The position numbers and the translations under genes are program-made. This document shows positions 1-11,479 of a DNA stretch of 64,000 nucleotides, piece by piece. Within the stretch, counting starts at the first letter, position 1. The number at the start of each line of letters is the position of its first letter. Below the pieces are notes generated by a model, which was not told where the DNA came from, made no database searches, and worked only from the letters and a program-made list of their open reading frames with translations. Origin of the DNA: Octopus vulgaris (taxonomy: Eukaryota); NCBI GenBank assembly GCA_951406725.2, contig OX597826.1:16926001-16990000 (forward strand). The letters are read 5' to 3'.

Positions 1-40
1 TTTGGCAAAGTGAATTGATCCTCGTGGTGGTTTTACTCAC

Positions 41-140
41 GGACGGTACCCAACTGACCCTACTATACTGCGTAGTCGACAAAATCAAAAACAAACAAAG
101 CGCATGCACGAAATTAAAAATAAAAATGGCGACAATTTAC
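41..140 (-). promoter_or_regulatory. Putative promoter / non-coding first exon of a minus-strand gene leaving the window
   Basis: YY1-type motif (AAAATGGCG at 123-131, CGCCATTTT on minus), NRF1-like GCGCATGCAC at 100-109, locally CpG-rich, and a consensus GTGAGT splice donor on the minus strand at 40-35. No transcript evidence. Confidence 0.35.
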
Positions 141-2769
141 CCACCGCAACCAGTATATGCATACATATATGTATGCGTGTATGCATATGAGTGTATATAT
201 ACATATATACATGCACACACACACACACACTTGTATGTACGTACACACAGTCACTTACACATACACGCGCTCAATGTGCAATAAATGCTCATAGAATTAG
301 GATTTAGCTTTCAACGATGTTAACCCACATTCTGACATAATGCTGCATATCAAGCTTCGTTTCTATGTATTCCGGCGAGAGCATAGAAACAAAGGCCGCA
401 AATAGTTGAAGAAAAACAAAAAAATGTAATCTTATTGATATTCCATTAGTTACATTTCTATAGTCAATAATTAAGCAAATCGATCACAGGTCAGATCATT
501 AAATAAGAAATCATCGAGATATGATGCCTTGTGTAAATAATCTCCTTATATATATAAAGCAAAATAACTTTGCTTCATCCAAGAGAACACAAGCGACATA
601 CAGTAGATCAAAATCTGTCGTGACGAATATTGGATAGGTGATTGCGAACTTAAATAGGAATGAAGAACGAAATATAACATCACATAAAAACAAATATTGG
701 TAACATAAAATAAACTGTTGGGAGTAAACGCTAAAATATAAATCAATGAATTCAAAATAACATAAAAACCTAGGGGTTAAAAGACTCAGGACTGTTTTGT
801 TTTTTTTTAGATGAGATAAAGACATAGGAAGTGAGAAAATATATGGAGATGAAAAACACAAAGGTAATGTCTATACAAATGTAAAAATAATGACCATAAA
901 ATGGAAACAAGGAAGTGAAGGAGTGAATATTTTTAATTAAGAAGAAAAATAGAAAAGAAGGAAGAAACAATCACAAGACGATGTCTATAGACTGAGGTAG
1001 CAGTTTAGCATGTTACAAGATAATTTAATCGAGGATGGACAGTATCCGAAGGAAGTTTTCAAACAACAGTGATCTCCTGCTATGCACTTTATATATCTGC
1101 AGTAGTGTACTCAACAATAGCGGAAGTAGCAAGTAACGAACAAATTCTAGAGATATCAGAGAAGGCTGTAAAATTCTTTGAGGTTTCCATCCTACATTCT
1201 TCGACAGAGAAAAAAATGTATTGGAGAAAATAAACCAAAATAAAAGCCACAAAAAAGAACAATAGAATGTAAAAATTCTAAGTTTAACAGTGACTGTAAC
1301 TTTAGAAATTAATGATTAAAATTAATTTAAAGATAAAATTATGATTAATTCTAAAGGTGTTTCCTAACATGGCGTGCTATCCTGACGGCATACAGTAGGG
1401 ATTGCAAAACATATTCTCAAAAGGATTATTATATTCTATAATGTATCCTAAAGGTGCATTTTAAGACATAATCATATTTCTCTAATATCTCTCCTGTCAT
1501 TAAGTGCAAATTTATCTTGAATATATTCTTTGCAATATTAAATAAAAAAATATATTACCAGTTATTTAATAAAAATACAGCTAGTTTCACCTATTTAAAA
1601 TTTTTAGAATTTATGTTTTTGTTGTGGTTTCCGATAGAAATAAGTTATGTGGAGGAGATATTAGTGAGTAATATGCATCTAAGGTTATCAGTAGGGATGA
1701 CATAACATCAAATACTTGGAATGTGTAAATATATGATCGCTGTGCCTCTCATGCTCGGTCCGAGAAAGTAATTCTGTATTGATGTGTCATTCGAATTGTT
1801 CAAGGGCTGTAGAGTAGCAGTAATCCATCCGTGCCCCCATTCACCAGTATTGACTTCCACTAAATATTCCCACGTATTTGTCAAAAGATGACTTTTCAGC
1901 ATTGGTAAAAGCAGTAATTGTGACGACCATTTCTAAAGAATGTCTTCTAGCTGGGAATTGTTGGAGGAAAACTGCAATATGTAGAGGCACTATCGAAATA
2001 CGCAATACATTTGCATAATACGTATAATGAATCGTTCAATTTTTTTATATGTGCATTTCTATCCATCATCACTCATTTAAGTATAATAGACGTGAATTTT
2101 CTAACTCATTAGCGGCATACGTTTTGATTAAAATGTATTGGGATGGAGTTCAAACTACATTGGTCTATAATTGATTCTACCATTTCTTATAAAGACATAG
2201 GTCAACAATATCGGTTATCTATATGCGAGATATTCGCTGTCCTTGCGACTGATAACTTGACACCAACTTAAGTGTAATGAGCTCATTTCTATACTTCTAA
2301 TAAATCCTATATTATAGAATTCTCAATTTTACACTTCCAATAAAGTGGTTTTATGCAGTAACTACATTATGCAAAGTTTATATATATCCATATTTTCAGC
2401 TATAGCTTAAGCATATGTTTTTATAGTTGTACTATCCGTCTCTATTCTATATTCATGAAAAGTTACGAGTCTCCAGTACTTAATGTTTGCCCCCGTTATT
2501 CTCGCAGTATAATTGTATTCTTTGCTTTATATTTAAATTTTTAGGTACTTTCACATTTACCATTTTATCTCTTTATTTATCATATTTCTTCATGTCATCT
2601 TTGTAATATTTAGTTCTTATCACAATCACATTCGTTGTCTTAGTCGTTTATTGGCCATTTTATTAAACTTAATTTTAAAATGGTAGTAATTTTATGACAT
2701 TTTGAAGTATTTTCGGAATTTACCTTAATTTTATGTTTAATCTGAATTTTAATATTTATTGAAACCGTT

Positions 2770-2987
2770 TAAGGTTACTTGAAGGCAGAACCGTTAGAAC
2801 GCGGGTCGAAATGTTTAGTGGTTATTTCGTCTTTCTGTACGTTCTGAGTTTAAATATCACTGAGATCGACTTTGCTCTTCATCATTTCTGGGGCGTTGAA
2901 ATAAGTACCAGTTGCGCACTGGGGTCTATGTAACTGACTAGACCCACCCCGTCCAAAATTCCAGGCCTTGTATCTAAAACAGAAAGG
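2770..2987 (+). mobile_element. tRNA-derived SINE with Nin/Deu-like central domain (family A)
   Basis: Head GGCAGAACCGTTAG...TTCTGAGTTTAAAT, core GACTTTGCTCTTCATCATTTCTGGGG...AAGTACCAGT; 19-bp TSD AATATTTATTGAAACCGTT at 2751-2769 and 2988-3006. Confidence 0.85.
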
Positions 2988-3176
2988 AATATTTATTGAA
3001 ACCGTTAAAAGCAACAGTAGTTATCACAGTTGCAGTATTTGCTTTGTATTTAATTTTCGACATTATTTGTTCGGTTTCGTCTGCCATACATCCTTATCTT
3101 TATATTTATCATATTTCTTCCATCCTACCTCCAATATTTCAGTCCTTGTACCTATAGTAGAAATGATTATTACTAT

Positions 3177-3372
3177 GGCAGCGAGCTGGCGGAATCGTTA
3201 ACGCATCGGACAAGAATGCTTAGAGGTATTTCTTTAGCTCTACATTCTGAGTTCAAATTCTTGCCTTTTATACTTTCGGAATTGTCAAGATGAGTACCAG
3301 ATGAGCACAAGAGTCGATGTAAACGACTTACTCACCATTCAAAATTACTGGCCTTGTTCTAAATTAAGAAAT
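3177..3372 (+). mobile_element. SINE family A, diverged copy
   Basis: GGCAGCGAGCTGGCGGAATCGTTA...CTGAGTTCAAATTC...GAGTACCAG...GGCCTTGTTC matches other family A copies in the window. Confidence 0.75.
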
Positions 3373-3409
3373 GGTTGTTGTTGTTGTTGTTGTTACAGGT
3401 GATATTTCT

Positions 3410-3575
3410 AGGCAGTGATCTAGAAGAATAATTACCACCGCCCGGGACAAAATGCTTCGTAGCATTTCTTCCGGCTTTACATAATGAGTTCCAATTCTGT
3501 AGATGTCGATTTTGCCTTTCATCCAAGCGGGTTTCATAAAATAAGTATCAGTTGTGCAACAGAGCCGATGTTATA
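3410..3575 (+). mobile_element. SINE family A, diverged copy
   Basis: AAATGCTTCGTAGCATTTC...GTCGATTTTGCCTTTCATCC...AAATAAGTATCAGTTG. Confidence 0.7.
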
Positions 3576-4138
3576 AACAGACTCAAGTCTCGAAGTAAAA
3601 TTACGTAAAAAGTGAATGTAACAAAAACGAATGACATTTCATTTTGCGTGTGCAAGTTTAAAATTTTTTGTCATGTTTTCTTCATTGCACAAAAGCATAA
3701 AAATATTTTTGACTAAAAAGAAAGATAGTGCTTCTACGCAGTCGTGTTCTAGGCTTTCAAGTATTCATCGTTGTCAAAACCCCTAAAAGATCTGCATTCT
3801 TTAGTCAGTTATTCAGTAGTTATGTCTTGCCTTGCCACAAAGAACGTACAAAATTATGATACCAGAGCTTTACCCGTCATAAATCCGGTACATTTTGTAA
3901 GTATACTTTTACCAGCAAGAGTGATATCAGAAAATATAGCATATATACAATAATTTAAATAAACCACCCTCAAAATTCCTTGGTTCTTATTTTTAAAATG
4001 ATGAAATGAATACTAATTTTTAAAAGAAAATATTTATTACCTCAAAATGAAAGTAAAATAAGCAAAATAATGACGTAGAGCGGGTTCGAAAGTGAAACAC
4101 TACTTGACTCTATTCACGGAGAACATCATATCAATTTC

Positions 4139-4358
4139 TTGTTTCATAACTACCCACAAGGGGCTAAACATAGAGGGGATAAACAAGGACAGACAAACGG
4201 ATTAAGTCGATTATATCGACCCCAGTGCGTAACTGATACTTATTTAATCGACCCCAAAAGGATGAAAGGCAAAGTCGACCTCGGCGGAATTTGAACTCAG
4301 AACGTAGCGGCAGACGAAAAACCTCTAAGCATTTCGCCCGGCGTGCTAACGTTTCTGC
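4139..4358 (-). mobile_element. SINE family A, young copy
   Basis: Reverse complement of family A; 15-bp TSD CATCATATCAATTTC at 4124-4138 and 4359-4373. Confidence 0.85.
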
Positions 4359-4544
4359 CATCATATCAATTTCAATAACTTCTTCCATAGCTACTCTGTC
4401 ATTTACTCCCTTTCCTCTTGTTTTGTGCCTATGATACTTTGTTTCTCACTGTGTATGCAGCGTTTTCTTTTTCTTTATTTGCTCAGCGCAAGCCACACAT
4501 TTGGATATGTTCACTCATCCTGCATTTTTATATCAGTATCAAAT

Positions 4545-4745
4545 TTTGCATAAGGTCAGCAATTTCTGTGTAGGGTGTAAATCGATAACATTGTATCCAG
4601 TGTTCAACTGGTACTTGTTTTATCGACCCCAAAAGGATGAAAGACAAAGTCGACCCCGTTGGCACTTGAACTCAGAAACTAAAATCAGAAGAAATGCTGC
4701 TTAGCATTCTATCCGACTCGGAAACGATTCTGCCTTCTCACTACT
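4545..4745 (-). mobile_element. SINE family A
   Basis: ACTGGTACTTGTTTTATCGACCCCAAAAGGATGAAAGACAAAGTCGAC...GAACTCAGAA...GATTCTGCC. Confidence 0.75.
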
Positions 4746-5307
4746 TTAAAATTAGAATTAGGATTCCTCCACTTGCTACCCTTTTATTATATCTCCCCGT
4801 ATTTCTTTCTTATTCTCTCCCTTCTTCCTTCTATCCGATGTAAAGCGTAATAGGAGAAATCAACTAACAAACGTCCATAACAGCTATTATTATACGAATA
4901 ATAATTACCTCCATGCCAGTTTGATTTGGCCATGTCATCATCAACCCTTATATCTCTGTTTAATGTATCATTTATCAAAAAGAGTGGGTTGTTATTTATA
5001 GAAAATTTGGCTGACATTTCTAAATGATCCATCTATCCCATAGGAGCCTCATCGCTTCTTTTGACGTGTGACTAAAATTTGTTTATCAGTTTGTGAATTT
5101 CTGAAGGTGATTTGTATTATCTTATGTTTTATTATTTTTTTTGTTTTGTTTTAAAATAGCTATAATATTTTAGATTTGCATAAGAATGAAAAATGTCATA
5201 CGTATGGTTGTTTTAATTTGTGTGCAGCAGCTGAAGTTCTGTACATGTATATATACATGAATACTATACACACGCACACACACGCACACATATATATACA
5301 CACACAC

Positions 5308-5411
<104 letters not shown>

Positions 5412-5457
5412 CAAGTCAAAAATAGAAAATGCTAAGATGATTTTATAGTGAATCTTT

Positions 5458-5495
5458 CAGTACCGGTTTCGGTCATTTTGAGACCTTTTCAACTG
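5458..5495 (-). ncRNA. Minimal type-I hammerhead-ribozyme-like motif, U3:A8 core variant
   Basis: Minus strand: CAG-UUGAAAA-GGUC(UCAAAAU)GACC-GAAA-CCGG-UA-CUG; stems I and II pair; palindromic ACCGGU stem III typical of Penelope minimal hammerheads. Confidence 0.6.
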
Positions 5496-5849
5496 TAACG
5501 ATTAAATAATTAAATTTAGAAAAATTAGAAGAAAAGTTTTTTTAAAAGAATATTTCTGTAGTAGTGTTCAGATATAAGTAGCATTCTGCCTTTCTCTGAC
5601 TCCCTTGTTTGCACTTGTGTGTTCGAGGTCGTTTTGAGTTCTTGGTAGGATAGGTGAAGAATAATGAGGCTGATGTGGAGAGGGGTGGGGAGGGGAAATC
5701 TGGGAATGCCTTAATGGTCGTATTTTGAATGGTCAGTGGCTGACAGTGGCCGACAGTAGTCGCAGTTCAATTCAGGAATTGTTTATGGAATTTGCGTAGG
5801 CGTTATACTGAAAGACATTAGTGACAAGGTTAAGGGGTGGAAGGTGGAG

Positions 5850-6022
5850 AAGTAGAAGAAGAAGATGGCGATGTTGATGATGATGATGATGAAGAAGAAG
5901 AAGAAGAAGAAGAAGAAGAAGAAGAAGAAGAAGAAGAAGGAGAAGGAGAAGATGGTGGTGATGATGGTGGTGATGATGATGACGACGATGATGATGATAA
6001 TGATGACCATCATCACCACCAT
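5850..6022. repeat. Compound (GAA/GAT/GGT)n trinucleotide microsatellite
   Basis: Directly visible; source of the poly-E/D ORF. Confidence 0.9.
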
Positions 6023-6141
6023 CTTCTCAAAATGACCGAAACCGGTACTGAAAGATTCACTATAAAATCATCTTAGCATTTTCTATTTTTGACTTGTTTT
6101 TTCATAAATATCAACTCGTGTGTTCCTTTCCACCCTTATAC

Positions 6142-6174
<33 letters not shown>

Positions 6175-6284
6175 CATATATGCATATAGGTGCGTCACGC
6201 ATAAATTTTAAAAGAAGAAACGTTATGGCTTCTGATCTACACTGATAGGAAATGCTATCATGTACATGTTTTGTCTTCCTATGC

Positions 6285-6727
6285 ATAAAAAGATGGGCTA
6301 CAGCAAATATTCTGATCTATCCCACAGATTTGCTTCTCAGTTGCTTGACCGTAACTAGTTGAGCATGTCCCTTGATGGCTGAAGTGAGTAGTGGGTGACA
6401 ATCATATCCATGTGCTGAAATGAATCCTTTGGAGTTTGAATATTTCACCTCTGGAAACATGTGGTTCGTTCAACATCCTTAAACAACCCTTATTCAGGGA
6501 CGTTCTGAGCGGGATGGGCAACTTGATTTGAAAAAAATTCTTACTGGGCCCCACCTAGAAGGTCATGCAATGTTTATCTTGACATGACTTCACTATGTTG
6601 CGCACATATAGTTGTTATGCATGTGCCTCGTGTACCCTTATCAGAAGGGTAGTCACGATGGATATACTGCGCTTCGTATATTTGTGCCCCAGTGTCACTT
6701 TGATGGCATGCACTGCTCTCTCACTCA
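6285..6727 (-). mobile_element. Unclassified interspersed repeat abutting (TAA)n, possibly the 5' region of an R4/Dong-type element
   Basis: Higher-GC, non-coding block ending sharply at a TAA tract, with strong hairpins at 6618-6712. Family assignment is inference. Confidence 0.4.
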
Positions 6728-6731
6728 ACAC

Positions 6732-6811
6732 TAATAATAATGATAGTAAATAATAATAGCAAGAAGAAGAAGAAGAAGAAGAAGAAGAACAACAACAACA
6801 ACAACAACAAC

Positions 6812-6850
<39 letters not shown>

Positions 6851-6935
6851 TATAATGATAATGATGATGACGACGACGAAGATGATGATGATGATAATGG
6901 TGATGATGACGACGATGATGATCATGATGATGATG

Positions 6936-6979
<44 letters not shown>

Positions 6980-6992
6980 TATGATGATGATG

Positions 6993-7063
<71 letters not shown>
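6732..7063. repeat. Compound (TAA/GAA/CAA/GAT)n microsatellite
   Basis: Directly visible. Confidence 0.95.
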
Positions 7064-7064
<1 letters not shown>

Positions 7065-7432
7065 GAATAGGAAGACAGATATAGTCTTAATTGAGAAAGA
7101 AAACAAACTATGCTGAATCATAGATATAGCATGCCCAGCAATGTGATAAGTAAGAAAGGAAAGTTGAGAGACATGACAAGTTAGCTGAGGAAGTTAAGCA
7201 GTTGAGGTCGATGAAAAAGGTGGCGGTAGTACTAATAATTGTCGGAGCCCTGGGAACAGTTAGCTAAAATCTCGAGAAGTACCTGCAACATATAGGGGCT
7301 CTAATAAGGGTGGAGCACATACAGAAAACAGCATTGCTTGAACCACTCAAATACTCAGGAAGGTGCTCGAAAAATAAGAGGTGTTACATTATTTCACTGG
7401 TACATCTCCAGCGTTAGAAGCTGTGCAAAGGC
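7064..7432 (+). mobile_element. R4/Dong-type (RLE) LINE 3' fragment, copy 1
   Basis: Degenerate restriction-like endonuclease (DIVLIEKENKLC-IIDIACP; V-IIVGALGTV) and 3' end TACATCTCCAGCGTTAGAAGCTGTGCAAAGGC followed by (AAT)n. Confidence 0.8.
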
Positions 7433-7458
7433 AATAATAATAATAATAATAATAATAA

Positions 7459-7520
<62 letters not shown>

Positions 7521-7567
7521 ATGATAATCATTGTTATTATTATTATAACAATTATAATTATGATGTT

Positions 7568-7650
<83 letters not shown>
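7433..7650. repeat. Compound (TAA/TAG/CAA)n microsatellite
   Basis: Directly visible. Confidence 0.95.
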
Positions 7651-7651
<1 letters not shown>

Positions 7652-8659
7652 TGCTTAGACAGAAAGACAAGGAAGTTGCAACTAGATATGGGACATTCCA
7701 CCCAAAAAGTAACACACACAGACTGTATATAATAAGAAAAATAGGGGGGAAAGGACTTATTGGATGCGAACACAGCATTAGAGCAGAAGAAAACAACATA
7801 ATATGGTATGTAAAAAATGCCAGAGAACCGCTATTATTAGAATTAAGGAGGTCAGGCTTGTGTAGGATGAACGATCGCAAAGTTAAAGCACTGTACAAGA
7901 AATTGAAAACAAATGAAGCTGAAAATAGGAGGCATTAATCTGTGCTACCCAAGAGCAGGCACTAAGAGCATATTACATAAAATACAGAATAGACAACACA
8001 GCAGAAAGTGATAAGTGCAGAATTTATGGACAAAATGGTAAAACCGTATAGCATATTACCAGCCAATGTACCCCACTAACACAGAAGGAATATAAGAGAC
8101 GCCACGACAACATAGCAAGGCTTTGTCATTGGACACTTTGCAGCAAGTATTGACCTGTTAGAGCAAAAATTGGTAAGTCAACAAACCGGAAGGCATCATC
8201 GAAAATGAAAATGCAAAGATTCTGTGGAAGTTTGATTCAGTGCGACCATAAGATAGAGAAAAGGAAGCCAGTCATAGTCTTAATTGAGAAATAAACCAAA
8301 CTATGCTGGATTATAGATATAGCATGCGCAGTTGACAACAAGGTATGCGATAAGGAAGAAAGAAAATTCGATAGATATGACAGGTTAGCTTGGGAAATTA
8401 AGCTGTTGTGGTCGATGAATAAAGTGGTAGTAGTACCAATAATTATCGGAGCCCTGGGAATAGTGGATAAAAATCGTGAGAAGTACAAGGAACAAATAAG
8501 GGCTGCAATAAGGGTGGAACACTGCAGAAAACAGCATTGCTTCGAACCGCTCAAATACTCCAGAAGGTGCTCGAAAAATAAGAGGTGTTACCTTAGTACA
8601 CTGGTAGTGAACAGCTGACACCGATAGTACATCTCCAGCGTTAGAAGCTGTACAAAGGC
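7651..8659 (+). mobile_element. R4/Dong-type LINE 3' fragment, copy 2
   Basis: YGTFHPKSNTHRLYIIRKIGGKGL, QEQALR, CCHC knuckle remnant (KCRI-GQNGKTV-HITSQC), RHD, VVVVPIIIGALGIV; same 3' end as copy 1. Confidence 0.85.
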
Positions 8660-8685
8660 AATGATAATGCTAATTTTTTTATAAT

Positions 8686-9063
8686 GAATAGACAACATAT
8701 CAGAAAGTCGAGAGTGCAGAATCTGTGGTCAAAACGGTGAAACCGTGTAGCATATTTCCAGCCAATGTACGCCACTAGCCCAGAATGAATATAAGAGACG
8801 CCACAACAATATAGCAAGGCTTGGTCATTGGACACTTTGCAACAAGTATGGACTTGCCAGAGTAGAAAAAATGGTACGACCACAAACCGGAAGGCATCAT
8901 CGAAAATGATAATGCAAAGATCCTGGGATTTTATGATTCAGTGCCACCATGAGATAGAGAAGAGGAAGCCGGACGTAGTCTTAATTGAGATAGAAAACAA
9001 ACTATGTTGGATCATAGATATAGCACCGTAGTACATCTCCAGCGTTAGAAGCTGTGCAAAGGC
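8686..9063 (+). mobile_element. R4/Dong-type LINE 3' fragment, copy 3 (internally deleted)
   Basis: WDFMIQCHHEIEKRKPDVVLIEIENKLCWIIDIA (PD..D nuclease motif); same 3' end and (AAT)n tail. Confidence 0.85.
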
Positions 9064-9076
9064 AATAATAATAATC

Positions 9077-9119
<43 letters not shown>

Positions 9120-9247
9120 CAACAACAACAACGAAAACTAAACCACGGCAAAACATAAATACAAGAAAAATTCAACGATGTAAATATCAAGATATATATG
9201 TGTGTATGTGCGTATGTTTGTGTGTGTGTGCGTGTATTTTGTGTGAC

Positions 9248-9290
<43 letters not shown>

Positions 9291-10151
9291 AAAAAAGGAG
9301 ATGTCTAACACGAGTGGTGATATATAAAAAAGGAAATGAAGAAAATGCTGACAAATAATTGAAGTAATTTAAGTAATTTAATTAGGTGAAAGTTCTTTTT
9401 ACCGGTTGCGCATTTGTTATGCTTATCAAAATATAAAAGAGAGATTAGAGTCTGTCTCTTATATGTGAAAAAAAGAGGCTCCAGAGTTGTTTTGGATTTG
9501 CTTGGTTTCGCGCCTAAAATTTTGATTGGTCATTATGAAGGGGTCACGTGAATGTTTGAATGGAAGTTGGTGTTGGGGTAAGAAAAAAGGCTCCAGAGAA
9601 GTTAAAATTTGGCTAGTGTCCCGCCTAAAATTTCTTATTGGCCATAATAAAGAGGTCACGTGAATGTTTAGAATTTTCGAAAATAGTGTTGTTGGAAATT
9701 CTTATTGTTCAGGCTGGTCAGTAGACGTCATGTGGATATTTTAAATAGCTTTTTAGCGCGTAGTAAGGGAGTGTATTTTCCGCTTGACTGGATAAGTAAG
9801 TTCGTTTAGAACAGGGAGAGCTGTATGTATGTATGTGTGTGTGCGCGCGCGCGCGCGTGTGTGTGTTTATATGTATGTTGGGGCGCGCGCGCGTGTATAT
9901 ATGTGTGTGTGTGTGGGTACAATTTTCAATATTTATAGTTCTGCTGGCCTTGTGCCTGTATCGGGAAGCAACGTATTTGTGTGAAGTCAATATTTACAGC
10001 CATTTCCAAAAATAGTGTTGGATGTTTTGCACCCGTATTCAATTATGTGTATGTGTGGAACCATATATTTGTGTGTGTCATGGTGTTAATATCTGGGTAA
10101 AGGTGTGTGTAGGGTGTGTGCAGGTGTAAGTGTGTTTGTTGTGGGTTCGTG

Positions 10152-10582
10152 TTAGGGGCATGTGTTTAGAAGTGGTCTGTATTTATTAATAAGGTGGGAT
10201 TCCATGGTTATTCGCTGGGTATGAGTGGCATTGTCTTTAAATTTGTAGAGGGGAAATATTCTAAAATTGGGATGGAGTTGTGCGGCACAGGTATCAATAT
10301 GTGCACTAAATGCTATTTTTCTATATTCCTGTATTTTTATTTGGGATCTGTGGACAGTCATGCGTTGGCGGAGGCTATTTTTTGTTTGGCCTATGTAGTG
10401 TTCATTACAGCCCGAGCAAGTTAAGACATATACTAGGTTTTCTGATGCGCATGTGAAGTTGTGTTTTACTGTGAAACGTTGTCCTTGTTTAAAAAGGAAT
10501 TCCGGACCTTCTATTAGGTTGATGCATATACCACAGTTGGGTCTATTGCATTTGTTTACTGTGGGTTTAGTTGTTGTGGTTG
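10152..10582 (-). pseudogene. Penelope-like GIY-YIG endonuclease domain (C-terminal fragment, open frame)
   Basis: CNRPNCGIC Zn knuckle, FTCASENLVYVLTCSGCNEHYIGQT...LRQRMTVH, ending E..LINKYRPLLN. No RT and no ATG; the first ~22 aa of the track ORF come from the inverted repeat. Confidence 0.85.
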
Positions 10583-10855
10583 TAAGAATTTCCAACAACA
10601 CTATTTTCGAAAATTCTAAACATTCACGTGACCTCTTTATTATGGCCAATAAGAAATTTTAGGCGGGACACTAGCCAAATTTTAACTTCTCTGGAGCCTT
10701 TTTTCTTACCCCAACACCAACTTCCATTCAAACATTCACGTGACCCCTTCATAATGACCAATCAAAATTTTAGGCGCGAAACCAAGCAAATCCAAAACAA
10801 CTCTGGAGCCTCTTTTTTTCACATATAAGAGACAGACTCTAATCTCTCTTTTATA

Positions 10856-10889
10856 TTTTGATAAGCATAACAAATGCGCAACCGGTAAA
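10856..10889 (+). ncRNA. Hammerhead-like motif, U3:A8 variant with GCAA instead of GAAA (mirror copy 9398-9431 on minus)
   Basis: UU-UUGAUAA-GCAU(AACAA)AUGC-GCAA-CCGG-UA-AA inside the pLTR; stem I weak, A13 substituted. Confidence 0.45.
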
Positions 10890-10957
10890 AAGAACTTTCA
10901 CCTAATTAAATTACTTAAATTACTTCAATTATTTGTCAGCATTTTCTTCATTTCCTT

Positions 10958-11011
<54 letters not shown>

Positions 11012-11479
11012 GTATATGCATATCAATGAGTGTGTGTGTGTGTGTTTGTATACTATTATTGTTATTTATCGCATTTGTAATTAGAGGTGGTCCTTTCCAA
11101 GGCCAAGGTCAGTAGTAAACACTTTTGACCTCAGCTGACCGCAAGGGTATGGTGCTTCTTTTGCTTCCTGATCGCACTACTACTGCTGCTGCTGCTACTA
11201 CTAATAATACTACTACTACCACTACAGCTACTCATAATAATAATGATAATAGTGATTTGCCTGGAAACAAACACACATGCGACAATCCTATTACCACTTC
11301 TGCCACTGACGCCGCCAACGCCATCACCATCCTACTGGAAATAGCTTGGAGAGTATATGACGGTTCTGTCTTTTGTCTCTTTGGATCTGTCTCCCTTTGG
11401 CTGTCATTTCAATAGCTGCCTCTTTCTACCATACTACATGAATTCTGTCGACCTGCTTTTTGACACCTGCCAAGCAGCA

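Larger units (their letters stand above)
9290..10963 (-). mobile_element. 5'-truncated Penelope-like element (Neptune/Naiad-like) with inverted pLTR
   Basis: 379-bp inverted repeats at 9326-9704 and 10583-10961 (identical 66-aa ORFs on opposite strands in the track), a GIY-YIG ORF between them, and TA tracts on both sides. Confidence 0.85.

Noticed and set aside
2500-3150. Faint tandem similarity between 2500-2620 and 3030-3150
   Set aside because: Short AT-rich match; cannot be distinguished from chance without an alignment.
5837-6076. Acidic poly-E/D ORF with a His tail
   Set aside because: Trinucleotide repeat running into the Penelope inverted arm; GTG start.
10152-10649. GIY-YIG ORF as a host gene, homing endonuclease or selenoprotein
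   Set aside because: Context and Cys motifs indicate a Penelope-like fragment; no ATG, no intron context, no in-frame TGA.
9459-10828. Two identical 66-aa ORFs on opposite strands
   Set aside because: By-product of the inverted repeat; no recognisable domain.
11085-11145. Possible HDV-like ribozyme upstream of the Dong element
   Set aside because: A P4-like hairpin (AGGTCA/TGACCT) and CAGCTGA are present, but I could not build P1/P1.1.
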